From assembly GCA_963740085.1 (NCBI GenBank), contig CAVUCU010000001.1, positions 352,001-416,000 on the forward strand: DNA of 64,000 nucleotides, written 5' to 3'. Position numbers and translations under genes: made by a program. Origin of the DNA: Nitrospirota bacterium. Its GTDB lineage: Bacteria; Nitrospirota; UBA9217. Below, in pieces: positions 9,182 to 18,272 of this stretch (position 1 is the first letter of the stretch; each line of letters starts with the position of its first letter). Under the pieces are notes generated by a model. It was given only the letters and a program-made list of their open reading frames with translations, ran no database searches and was not told the origin of the DNA.

Positions 9182-10495
9182 TTATCCCTGTTTCCCTTCT
9201 TCCACCCTGATCACCATCGTCGGCCCTGCCACGCAGTCCATCCTGTTGATCTCATCGAGCGCCCTGCGCACGTCGCGCTCGACCGCCTCGTGGCTCATCA
9301 TCACCAGGGGGACGGCCTCGGCAGCGCCGCGGCCCTTCTGTATGACGGACGAAATGCTGATATTGTTCTTGCCGAGCACGCCGGAGACCCTCGATAGGAC
9401 CCCGGGTTTGTCCCTGACCGAGAAGCGCAAATAATAGCAGGAGAGGATATCGTCCATCGCGCGGATCTTCAGCACCGAACGTTCACGGAAGGCCACGAGC
9501 GGCGACCGGTTCACGCTGCCTGCAAGAATGTCTCTGCCTATCTCGATGATATCGCCCACCACCGCGCTGCCCGTAGGCATGTCGCCCGCGCCTCGCCCGT
9601 AGAACATCGTGGAACCAACTGCGTCGCCCACGATCGAAAGCGCGTTGAAGACGCCATCCACCGCGGCAATGGGGTACTCCCCGGGAAGCATGGTCGGATG
9701 CACCCGCGCCTCGACCTCGCCATCCACCATCTTGGTGATCGCCAGCAGCTTTATCTTGTAACCGAGTTCTTTTGCGAAATCGATATCCAGCGGCGTGATC
9801 TTCGAGATCCCCTCGGTATAGATATCGTTGAACTTCACCGGTGTTCCGTAGGCAAGCATGGTAAGCACCGCGAGCTTATGCGCCGAATCGATGCCTTCGA
9901 TATCGAACGTGGGATCAGCCTCGGCATACCCCTTGGCCTGGGCCTCTTTCAGCACCTCATCGAACTTCCTTCCCTCATTCGTCATAAGCGTCAGGATGTA
10001 GTTGCAGGTGCCGTTCACGATGCCATGGATGGACTGAATATTGTTCGCGGCGAGCCCGTTTCTGACGGCCGCAAGGATCGGAATACCGCCGGCAACCGAT
10101 GCCTCGAACCCGACCGTGACTCCAGCCTTCTCCGCTGCCGCGTAGATCTCCTCGCCGTGCACCGCCAGGAGCGCTTTGTTCGCCGTCACCACATGCTTTT
10201 TGTTCCTGAGCGCCTCAAGGATGAAATCCCTGGCGGGCTTGTACCCGCCGATCAGCTCGACTACGATGTCGATTTCAGGGTCAGTGATCAGCGATTGTGC
10301 ATCGTTCGTGAGCTTCACGTCGCCCAATTTTATACCCCGGTCGCGTTTGGGATCGAGGTCCGATATCTTTTTGAGGACAACGGGGGCTCCGAGCCTTCGT
10401 TTAATGATATCAGCGTTATCGATCAGGATGCGGGCCGTGCCCGTACCCACCGTGCCAAAGCCGATGATACCCACGTTGATTGATTTCTTGGTCAA
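9182..10495 (-). CDS. hom: Homoserine dehydrogenase with C-terminal ACT domain
   Basis: GFGTVG, VTANKA, FEASVAGGIP, NGTCNYIL and GYAEADPTFD motifs. Confidence 0.97.
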   Translation of the reverse strand: MTKKSINVGIIGFGTVGTGTARILIDNADIIKRRLGAPVVLKKISDLDPKRDRGIKLGDVKLTNDAQSLITDPEIDIVVELIGGYKPARDFILEALRNKKHVVTANKALLAVHGEEIYAAAEKAGVTVGFEASVAGGIPILAAVRNGLAANNIQSIHGIVNGTCNYILTLMTNEGRKFDEVLKEAQAKGYAEADPTFDIEGIDSAHKLAVLTMLAYGTPVKFNDIYTEGISKITPLDIDFAKELGYKIKLLAITKMVDGEVEARVHPTMLPGEYPIAAVDGVFNALSIVGDAVGSTMFYGRGAGDMPTGSAVVGDIIEIGRDILAGSVNRSPLVAFRERSVLKIRAMDDILSCYYLRFSVRDKPGVLSRVSGVLGKNNISISSVIQKGRGAAEAVPLVMMSHEAVERDVRRALDEINRMDCVAGPTMVIRVEEGKQG

Positions 10496-10822
10496 GTTCC
10501 GATCCTCTTTTCCTGAGGTGATATTGATGATAATAGCAAAGACACAATGCGGCTGGGACCCATGATCCTGCCGAAACGCTCAGGCAGCTCTAACCCGTTA
10601 TTTTTCATAGAATTTTTTATAACCAGGCTGATCAAAAAGCGAAACTGATAATAAAACACTATGTACCTTTTGTCAATAACAAATACTTATAGAACGCCCT
10701 CAGCACGGCCTTTTGAAGACGTGACCTCCAAGAAAAAGCTTGATTTATCAGACCGCCTGTGATAAGTTTCATCTCTTAAAACTGAGTAAGGTCGATTCCC
10801 GGACAGGATACGAAGCGGGATT

Positions 10823-10870
10823 ACTCCTTGCTCCCTGCGTGCCAGCAGGGGGCTATAACCCATGAGGAGG
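10823..10870 (+). promoter_or_regulatory. S6:S18-binding ribosomal protein leader RNA
   Basis: ACTCCTTGCTCCCT...AGGGGGC..AACCCATGAGGAGG: anti-SD CTCCT, inner hairpin and CCC just before the SD, directly upstream of rpsF. Confidence 0.7.
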
Positions 10871-10879
10871 CAAACAATA

Positions 10880-11248
10880 ATGCATCTGTACGAATCAATA
10901 TTCATCATCAACGCCAACCAGACCGACGAAGAGATCGCCAACGTGATCAAGAAGATGCAGGAAGTGGTCGCGAAGCAGGGCGGCGAAATGATCAAATTTG
11001 AGGACTGGGGCAAAAAGAAGCTTGCCTATGAGATCAAGAAGCAGAAGCGCGGCCACTACGTGTTTTTCCAGTTCAAGGCTGCGCCCGGCGCGGTAAGCGA
11101 ACTCGAGCGCACATTCAAGCTCACCGATTCGGTGATAAAGTTCCTGACCGTAAAGCTCGAAAAGGAACTGCGCACCAGGCCGGCCCCGAAGCCGAAGAAG
11201 AAGGACCTCGCCAAGGCAGCGGCAGAGGCGGGACATGCCGCGGCATAG
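10880..11248 (+). CDS. rpsF: 30S ribosomal protein S6
   Basis: YESIFI, WGKKKLAYEIKK and GHYV motifs. Confidence 0.97.
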   Translation: MHLYESIFIINANQTDEEIANVIKKMQEVVAKQGGEMIKFEDWGKKKLAYEIKKQKRGHYVFFQFKAAPGAVSELERTFKLTDSVIKFLTVKLEKELRTRPAPKPKKKDLAKAAAEAGHAAA

Positions 11249-11333
11249 CCCCTGACCACCGGTCACATTCGTCCGATCCCCCGCATGCACTTGGAAAAGA
11301 TGCATGAGGACATCGTGAAAATCGAGGTAACCC

Positions 11334-11747
11334 ATGACAAGCTTCAATAAAGTGATCCTGCTGGGCAATCTCACCCGCGATCCCGAGGTGCGCTACACGC
11401 CGAACGGCAGCGCGGTTGCGAGCTTTGCCATCGCGATCAACCGAAAGTATAAGCATGGTGAAGAGACCAAGGAAGAGGTCAGTTATTTCGACATCGTCGT
11501 GTTCGGCAAGCAGGCCGAGAACTGCGGGCAATATCTCAACAAGGGAGACGGGGCACTGATCGAAGGCAGGCTGCAGCAGCGCCGGTGGGAGGACAAAGAT
11601 TCCGGTCAGAAGCGAAGCAAGATAGAAGTGGCCGCGCAGTCGGTGCATTTCATGCCGAAGCGCTCGTCGACCGGCCAGGGCGGCGGTCACAGCCAGTCTG
11701 AACCTGCGTCCGAAACACCCGTGGATGAGGGAGAGATTCCCTTCTAA
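11334..11747 (+). CDS. ssb: Single-stranded DNA-binding protein
   Basis: NKVILLGNLTRDPE and acidic C-terminal EIPF. Confidence 0.97.
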   Translation: MTSFNKVILLGNLTRDPEVRYTPNGSAVASFAIAINRKYKHGEETKEEVSYFDIVVFGKQAENCGQYLNKGDGALIEGRLQQRRWEDKDSGQKRSKIEVAAQSVHFMPKRSSTGQGGGHSQSEPASETPVDEGEIPF

Positions 11748-11790
11748 CCGCTTTTTGAAAACTATTAATTACTAAGAGGAGTTCACTATT

Positions 11791-12093
11791 ATGGCAGCGT
11801 ATCCAGCACGTTCTTCAGAACGGCCTTCTGACTCGAGAGGCAGCAGAGGAGACAGTAGAGGCCCGAACAAAAGGCGTTTCCAGGTCCGGAAAAAGGTTTG
11901 CCGGTTCTGCGTCGACAAGACCCCTTTCATCGATTACAAGGACATCAAGACGCTCAGATTCTTCGTCACCGAGCGTGGCAAGATCCTTCCCCGCCGCATC
12001 TCCGGCAACTGCGCGCGGCATCAGCGCGAGGTCACCGTTGCGGTGCAGCGATGCAGGAACATCGCGCTCCTGCCCTTCTCGGGGGAGAAGTAA
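11791..12093 (+). CDS. rpsR: 30S ribosomal protein S18 (Zn-binding type)
   Basis: CRFC, IDYKD and [19 protein letters not shown]. Confidence 0.97.
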   Translation: MAAYPARSSERPSDSRGSRGDSRGPNKRRFQVRKKVCRFCVDKTPFIDYKDIKTLRFFVTERGKILPRRISGNCARHQREVTVAVQRCRNIALLPFSGEK

Positions 12094-12131
12094 ACCGGGC
12101 GCGGAAGCGAATTCAGTTTGATTCAGATCCC

Positions 12132-12180
12132 AGGGAAACCCGGCGGTTACTCATCAGTGACCCTGAGTTTCCCTTTTTTT
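12132..12180 (+). terminator. Probable intrinsic terminator after rpsR
   Basis: GGGAAAC...GTTTCCC stem followed by T7. Confidence 0.6.
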
Positions 12181-12381
12181 ATTATTTGACTATCATGAAA
12201 AGTAACTACTCGGATTGGCCGCAAAAGAACGCAAAGATCTCAAAGAAAAAACCTGCAACCATGTATTTTGTTTTAATTCTCTCTGCGATCCTTGCGTTCT
12301 TTTTCGCGGCTAACAGCTTTTTACCTGAATTTATCCGTGTCCATCCGTGGTTAAGCATGTCTTGATTATCTGGAGATCGCT

Positions 12382-13314
12382 ATGAACTACCGCGCCATCC
12401 TCATCGCCACCATACAGACCCTCGGGCTTTTTGTTTCCGGGTTCGTCATCCCCCTGCTCGGTCAGATGGTCGCCCTGTTCACGCCCGTGCCGCTCATACT
12501 CATCTATGTCCGGAACGGCAAGCAGGCAGGACTGCTAACGCTCGTCGCGTCAAGCGTCGTCATGTTTCTCCTCGGCGGATGGCAGGCCGCGGCCATTCTC
12601 ATTCTCAGTTTCGGCCTGATGGCCATCGGCACTTCGGAAGGCATTCGCAGGAACTTGAAACCCGAACAAACCTCACTCCTGGGCGGACTTCTGCCGATAG
12701 CGGTGCTGGGTGCGATCGTTGTGTTCTATCTCGTCCGGGTCGGCAATAACCCGATCACCGAGGTAGAGGCCTATCTCCGGGAGATCATAGCCAATTCAGC
12801 AAAGACCTACACGACCATGGGGCTCACGGAAATGGCGGCCGTGGTCTCATCCATCCCTGACTCCTTTGTCTATTATCTGACAAGGCTCATCCCCAGCATT
12901 ACCATTGCCACCTCGGTGACGCAGGCTGCCTGCTGTTTCGGCATTGCGCGCGCCATCCTCATGCGAAATCCAGGACCGGAACCGTTGCCCGCACAGCCCT
13001 CGCTCGCAGTATGGCACGCGCCGGACTCATGGGTATGGGGCCTCATCGCGGCCCTTGCCCTCATCATCTTCCCCGGGGAGACGCCGAGGTTCATCGGGTG
13101 GAATATTGCCATTCTGTTTGCCGTGCTCTATCTCGTGCAGGGCAGCGTTATCGTGGAGAACTATCTCCGAAAGACGGGCATCAGGGCCTTTGGCCGCGGC
13201 CTGATCCTCGCGCTCATCCTGGTCATGCCCTCCGTCGTTTTCGTGATCGCCCTCGGCGTCGTAGATATCTGGGCGGACTTCCGCAAAGTAAGGGGGCCCG
13301 TCGCGATTTCGTAG
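12382..13314 (+). CDS. DUF2232/YybS family membrane protein
   Basis: Multi-TM protein with YLVQG and GVVDIWADFRK end; canonical position after rpsR. Confidence 0.85.
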   Translation: MNYRAILIATIQTLGLFVSGFVIPLLGQMVALFTPVPLILIYVRNGKQAGLLTLVASSVVMFLLGGWQAAAILILSFGLMAIGTSEGIRRNLKPEQTSLLGGLLPIAVLGAIVVFYLVRVGNNPITEVEAYLREIIANSAKTYTTMGLTEMAAVVSSIPDSFVYYLTRLIPSITIATSVTQAACCFGIARAILMRNPGPEPLPAQPSLAVWHAPDSWVWGLIAALALIIFPGETPRFIGWNIAILFAVLYLVQGSVIVENYLRKTGIRAFGRGLILALILVMPSVVFVIALGVVDIWADFRKVRGPVAIS

Positions 13315-13384
13315 ATCTTCGCTCCGTGCGGTGCAATAACGTGATCGCGTGGTTAAACAGAACAAGAACGAAAAGGAGGATCGG

Positions 13385-13810
13385 ATGATGATTCGTAGAA
13401 TTCTCTGTCTGGTTATAGCTGGTTCGATACTGTCAGGCGGTATTGCCATCGCGAGCAATGCCGGAAAAGAAAAGGCTGCCATATCCGCGGCCAAGAAATG
13501 GCTCGCAATTGTTGATGCAGGGGACTATGCAGCAAGCTGGAAAGAAGCCGCTGCTTTCTTAAAGAATACCGTCAAGCCCGAGCAATTGGAGCTATCAATG
13601 AAGGCGACCCGCAAGCCGCTCGGCAAAGTCACGTCAAGAAAAATGAAGACGAAAAACTACAGGACCTCTCTGCCCGGCGCACCCGATGGAGAGTATGTTG
13701 TCATCCAGTTCGAGACGTCCTTTGAGAACAAGAAAAAATCGATTGAGACAGTGACGCCCATGAAGGACAAGGATGGAAAGTGGCGTGTCTCCGGTTACTA
13801 CATAAAATAG
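13385..13810 (+). CDS. DUF4019 domain secreted protein
   Basis: Signal peptide; WLAIVDAGDY, LPGAPDGEYVVIQF and WRVSGYYIK. Confidence 0.85.
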   Translation: MMIRRILCLVIAGSILSGGIAIASNAGKEKAAISAAKKWLAIVDAGDYAASWKEAAAFLKNTVKPEQLELSMKATRKPLGKVTSRKMKTKNYRTSLPGAPDGEYVVIQFETSFENKKKSIETVTPMKDKDGKWRVSGYYIK

Positions 13811-13825
13811 CACCCTTCTCTGCCA

Positions 13826-16069
13826 TCATGTCCGGTTCTTCAGGAAAGCCTTCTTCAGGTCGTTGATGTCCGGCTGCGGTTTTTGGGGCTTCTGCTGCGG
13901 CTGCGTCTGCGACCGGTCCTGCTTCGGTCTGTCCGGATCCTTCTTTAATGACAGCGATATCCTTTTCCTTTTCACATCGACCTCAAGCACCGTTGCCGTC
14001 ACCTTCTGGTTCACCTTCACCACCTCGTTGGGATCTTTGATGTAGCGGTCTGAAAGCTGGCTGATATGCGCAAGGCCGTCCTGATGCACGCCGATATCGA
14101 TGAACGCGCCGAACGCGGTGATGTTCGTGACCACACCCGGCAGCTTCATTCCTGGCATCACGTCCTCGATCTTCTCCACATTGTCGGCAAAACTGAAGTT
14201 TTCGAACTGTTCCCGGGGGTCTCTTCCCGGCTTGGCAAGCTCAGCCATGATGTCCTTTAACGTCGGCAGGCCGATCGTATCGGTCACATATTTATCGAGA
14301 TCTATCTTTTTTCGAAGTGCGTCGTTCCGCATCAGGTCCGGCATTGCGCAGTTCAGGTCCTTTGCCATGGCATCCACGATGGGATACGCCTCAGGATGCA
14401 CCGCGCTCGCGTCGAGCGGATTGGAGCCGTCACTGATGCGCAGAAAACCTGCCGCCTGCTCAAAGGTCTTCGGCCCCAGCTTGTTCACGTTTTTCAATTC
14501 CTCACGTGATTGGAACGGGCCGTGCTGATTGCGATGTTCAACGACATTCCCGGCGAGCTGCGGCCCAAGGCCGGAAACGTACATCAGCAGTTGTTTACTC
14601 GCCGTATTCACCTCGACGCCGACAAAATTCACGCAGCTCATCACCACGTCATCGAGGCTCCGTTTGAGCGCGGGCTGGTCAACATCGTGCTGGTACTGTC
14701 CCACGCCGATGGACTTGGGGTCGATCTTTACCAGCTCTGCCAGGGGGTCCATGAGCCTGCGTCCGATCGAGACCGAGCCGCGTACCGTAAGGTCCTGATC
14801 AGGGAACTCTTCCCTCGCGATCTCGGATGCTGAATAGATCGATGCGCCGCTCTCGTTCACCATCACGATCTGGACCTGCGCCGGCAGGCCGAGCTGCCTT
14901 GCAAAGGCCTCGGTCTCTCGGCCCGCGGTCCCGTTGCCGATGGCGATCGCCTCCACGTCATAGCGCTTGCAAAGTTCAATGATCTTTGCTCCCGCCTCTC
15001 CTGTGTTCTTTTCGGAAAAATGCGGATAGATTACGTCAGTGTGGAGCAACTTTCCCTGCCGGTCGATGCAGACCACTTTGCACCCCGTGCGGAAACCTGG
15101 ATCAATGGCAAGAACGTTCTTTTGACCCAGGGGCGGGGAAAGCAAAAGCTGGCGTATATTCTCTGCAAACACACGGATCGCCTCTGCATCGGCCCGCTCC
15201 TTGGTCGCGACCCTGGTCTCCGTTTCCATGGACAACGACAGGAGCCGTTTATAGCAGTCATGGACCGCGAGCTTCACTTGCTGCGCAGCAGGATTGTCCC
15301 CCTTTACCACCAGGTCCTCGAGCAAACCAAGGGCATCTTCCTCGGGCGGAGTGGCGCGCAGGATCAGGAATCCTTCCTTCTCTCCCCGCCTCATGGCAAG
15401 GATCCGGTGGGACGGAGCGGACGAGATCGGCTCCTGCCAGTCAAAGTAGTCCTTGTATTTGATCCCCTCTTCTTCTTTTCCAATGATCACTTTGGTCCTG
15501 AACCGGCCCTTGGAAGCGAATAGCTCACGCATCTTCGCGCGAACATTCTGGTCCTCGTTCACCCATTCTGCGATGATGTCGCGCGCGCCGCTCAATGCGT
15601 CTTCCGCGGTCTCAACACCCTTCTCTTTGTCCACGAAAGCAACGGCCTCGGCAGCAGGGTCGACGGATATCTCCTGCGAGAACAGCCGCAGGGCCAATGG
15701 CTCGAGCCCCTTCTCCCGGGCGATCGTCGCTCTTGTGCGCCGCTTTGGACGAAAGGGAAGATAAATATCCTCAAGGACCGTCAAGGTCGCAGCTTTAAGG
15801 ACCTCTGCCTTCAGTTCCTCGGTCAGCAGACCCCTTTCTTCAAGGGACTTCAGCACCGCCTCACGCCGTTTGTCCAGTTCCCGGAGCTGTGCCAACCTGT
15901 CTCGGATCGCGAAGACCGCGACCTCGTCAAGCGAGCCGGTGGCCTCCTTCCGGTAGCGTGAGATGAACGGCACCGTAGCACCCTCGTCAAGGAGCGCCGC
16001 GCAGGCTTGCACCTGTTTTTCGGACACGTTGAGCTCTGCGGCAATGATGCTGATATGTCCTGTCGTCAT
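13826..16069 (-). CDS. tex: Tex family RNA-binding transcriptional accessory protein
   Basis: GATVPFISRYRKE, DPGFRTGCK, GASIYSAS, IGVGQYQHD and C-terminal S1 domain. Confidence 0.95.
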   Translation of the reverse strand: MTTGHISIIAAELNVSEKQVQACAALLDEGATVPFISRYRKEATGSLDEVAVFAIRDRLAQLRELDKRREAVLKSLEERGLLTEELKAEVLKAATLTVLEDIYLPFRPKRRTRATIAREKGLEPLALRLFSQEISVDPAAEAVAFVDKEKGVETAEDALSGARDIIAEWVNEDQNVRAKMRELFASKGRFRTKVIIGKEEEGIKYKDYFDWQEPISSAPSHRILAMRRGEKEGFLILRATPPEEDALGLLEDLVVKGDNPAAQQVKLAVHDCYKRLLSLSMETETRVATKERADAEAIRVFAENIRQLLLSPPLGQKNVLAIDPGFRTGCKVVCIDRQGKLLHTDVIYPHFSEKNTGEAGAKIIELCKRYDVEAIAIGNGTAGRETEAFARQLGLPAQVQIVMVNESGASIYSASEIAREEFPDQDLTVRGSVSIGRRLMDPLAELVKIDPKSIGVGQYQHDVDQPALKRSLDDVVMSCVNFVGVEVNTASKQLLMYVSGLGPQLAGNVVEHRNQHGPFQSREELKNVNKLGPKTFEQAAGFLRISDGSNPLDASAVHPEAYPIVDAMAKDLNCAMPDLMRNDALRKKIDLDKYVTDTIGLPTLKDIMAELAKPGRDPREQFENFSFADNVEKIEDVMPGMKLPGVVTNITAFGAFIDIGVHQDGLAHISQLSDRYIKDPNEVVKVNQKVTATVLEVDVKRKRISLSLKKDPDRPKQDRSQTQPQQKPQKPQPDINDLKKAFLKNRT

Positions 16070-16242
16070 GGTGTTCCTTCTTGAGAGCGATAAGGCGGGT
16101 AGTGTAGCAAAAGGGATGGAGGATGTAAAGAAGAGAAGAGCGCGGGAGCGATTTGACCGCTTTCTTTGTAAACATGAAAGCGGCCACATCCGAACCGAAA
16201 CAACTTCTTGACCCTCCTCTACCTTTCAGATACACTTTTTAC

Positions 16243-16320
16243 ATGCTGAAAACCATTGACGAAATACGAGACACGATCATCAGCAAATATGACCCGGACA
16301 GGATCATCCTGTTCGGGAAG
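16243..16320 (+). pseudogene. Truncated minimal nucleotidyltransferase (MNT antitoxin-like) fragment
   Basis: MLKTIDEIRDTIISKYDPDRIILFG breaks off exactly at the FGS motif. TTGACC-N17-TACACT promoter immediately upstream. Confidence 0.6.
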
Positions 16321-16335
16321 AATTATATTGAACCT

Positions 16336-16366
16336 GTTGGGTTTCACTTTGTTCTACCCAACCTAC
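16336..16366 (-). repeat. GTAG-tagged REP-like palindrome
   Basis: Minus strand reads GTAG-GTTGGGTAGAACAAAGTGAAACCCAAC, an imperfect hairpin. Confidence 0.65.
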
Positions 16367-16557
16367 AACTAAAAAATATCCACTCACGGTTATCCATTCA
16401 CGGTTCTTGACATCTCCCCGAATCAGGCCTATATTCTTCCTGGATAATTTCTTCTTTAAACGAATTACATTTTCGTTAATCTCTTCTTGTCGGATTAGTG
16501 CTGCAGCCCGAACACGGTTGGCATGTTCTAATGGATACGCGTGTGTAAGGAGGATTT

Positions 16558-17409
16558 ATGTTGCCTGAGGTCAACAAACCGTTTATGAAGATTATGCTTT
16601 TGGTTTTCCTCATTGCAGGCAACCTGCTTTACTCCGCAGCAATGGCTGAGGAGGTTTTAACAATAGGCGGCGTCGGCAGTTCGCTGGGATCTATGCGGAT
16701 AATTGCAGATGCATTTGAGAAGTCTCATCCGCACGTAACAGTTAAAATACTCCCCAGTTTGGGCAGCACCGGAGGTATCAAGGCTGTGTTGAGCGGCACC
16801 ATAGATATCGGGCTGAGCGGCAGGTCGATGAAGGACGATGAACGCCGACAGGGTTTCATTGAAACAGAGTATGCAAAGTCGCCCTTTGTGTTCGTTACCA
16901 ACAAGATCAGCGCGGTGACTGGTTTGACGATCCATGAACTTGCGGAAATCTATGAAGGGAAAAGACAGGCCTGGTCCGACGGTTCCCGAATTCGTCTGGT
17001 TCTCCGTCCAGTTACTGACGTTGATACCAGTATGCTTGAAAGTATCTCTCCGGAAATGAGTCGGGCAGTTAAAATTGCATCATCCCGCCCGGGGATGATA
17101 GTGGCAATTACAAATCAGGAAAGTGACGCAGCAGTGGAAAGGATTCCCGGTTCGCTGGGGACATCCACATTAACCCAGGTAATTTCTGAGAAAAGAAATT
17201 TGAAAATATTGTCCCTCGATGGCGTAATGCCTACCGTCAGGAATCTCAGACAAGGGTCATACCCTCTGGTAAAGAGGTTTCTTATCGTCACAAAAACAAA
17301 ACCATCTCCACTTGCTCAAAGGTTCATTGATTTTCTCAGGGCCAACGACGGCAGGAAGATATTGGAAGGAACAGGAAGCATTGTTATTGCCGGTACCGGG
17401 AGTCGGTAA
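16558..17409 (+). CDS. PstS-like periplasmic substrate-binding protein
   Basis: Signal peptide; GSTGGIKAV, DIGLSGR, LAEIYEGK..W and GSYPLVK. Confidence 0.85.
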   Translation: MLPEVNKPFMKIMLLVFLIAGNLLYSAAMAEEVLTIGGVGSSLGSMRIIADAFEKSHPHVTVKILPSLGSTGGIKAVLSGTIDIGLSGRSMKDDERRQGFIETEYAKSPFVFVTNKISAVTGLTIHELAEIYEGKRQAWSDGSRIRLVLRPVTDVDTSMLESISPEMSRAVKIASSRPGMIVAITNQESDAAVERIPGSLGTSTLTQVISEKRNLKILSLDGVMPTVRNLRQGSYPLVKRFLIVTKTKPSPLAQRFIDFLRANDGRKILEGTGSIVIAGTGSR

Positions 17410-18203
17410 TGCAGGTAAAAAAGACAAATCAACATAAGGTGATTATCTGGCTAACCGGTATTATTATTACAAGTGTTGCGATCACCATCCCCCTGGGATA
17501 TTTTTATATTTCTTATAATCACTTGCAGGGGCATCTTGAGGCTGAAGCAGAAAACACTGCGAATATCATCACACAGATAATCAGTGCAAATCCGCAATAT
17601 TGGGAATTTGAGCAAGTACGATTAAAAGAATACCTTTCCCATCGTCCGCAATTAGGCTATAAGGAGATACGTCGCCTGGTCAATGCTAAAAATAAGATCG
17701 TTGCCGAAAGCGCGGACGCGGTAACGTCTCCGGTCTTAACATCGTCGTTTGCTGTTAGGGATGCGGGAATGGTTGTTGGAAAGATTGAAATATCCACTTC
17801 TCTGATGCCCCTGATGAAGCAATCCGGGCTCTTACTGCTCTTGACATTGTCCTTCGGTTTCGGGCTATTCTTGGCATTCTATTTTGTTCCGATTCAAACG
17901 CTGCGCAACGAGGAAAAACTGCGGCTTCAGGCGGAGGCAGAAAAGAACGAAGTCATTGCTGAACTCACAGAAGCTGTTTCCAAGATCAAAACCCTGAGCG
18001 GGATGCTTCCGATCTGCGCTTCGTGCAAGAAGATAAGGGATGACACAGGTTATTGGGAAGAGGTCGCATCGTATATTACCAAGCATACCGAAGTTTTATT
18101 CAGCCACGGGTTGTGTCCGGAATGTGAAAAAAAGACGTATCAGGACTTGGAGGCATTTTTAAAAGACGATAAATCTGAACCCGGGCAGAAGCAGTCGGAA
18201 TGA
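17409..18203 (+). CDS. Two-TM sensor-like protein with C-terminal Cys/His-rich domain
   Basis: TM-periplasmic-TM, coiled coil, then LPICASCKKIRDD.GYW...FSHGLCPEC. No kinase or cyclase domain. Overlaps the upstream stop by 1 nt. Confidence 0.75.
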   Translation: MQVKKTNQHKVIIWLTGIIITSVAITIPLGYFYISYNHLQGHLEAEAENTANIITQIISANPQYWEFEQVRLKEYLSHRPQLGYKEIRRLVNAKNKIVAESADAVTSPVLTSSFAVRDAGMVVGKIEISTSLMPLMKQSGLLLLLTLSFGFGLFLAFYFVPIQTLRNEEKLRLQAEAEKNEVIAELTEAVSKIKTLSGMLPICASCKKIRDDTGYWEEVASYITKHTEVLFSHGLCPECEKKTYQDLEAFLKDDKSEPGQKQSE

Positions 18204-18272
18204 GAAAGAGAACCATCAAAACGTTCGGGGCCGGTAATTGTTATTTCCTTTACTTAACATACAGGAAGGCTT

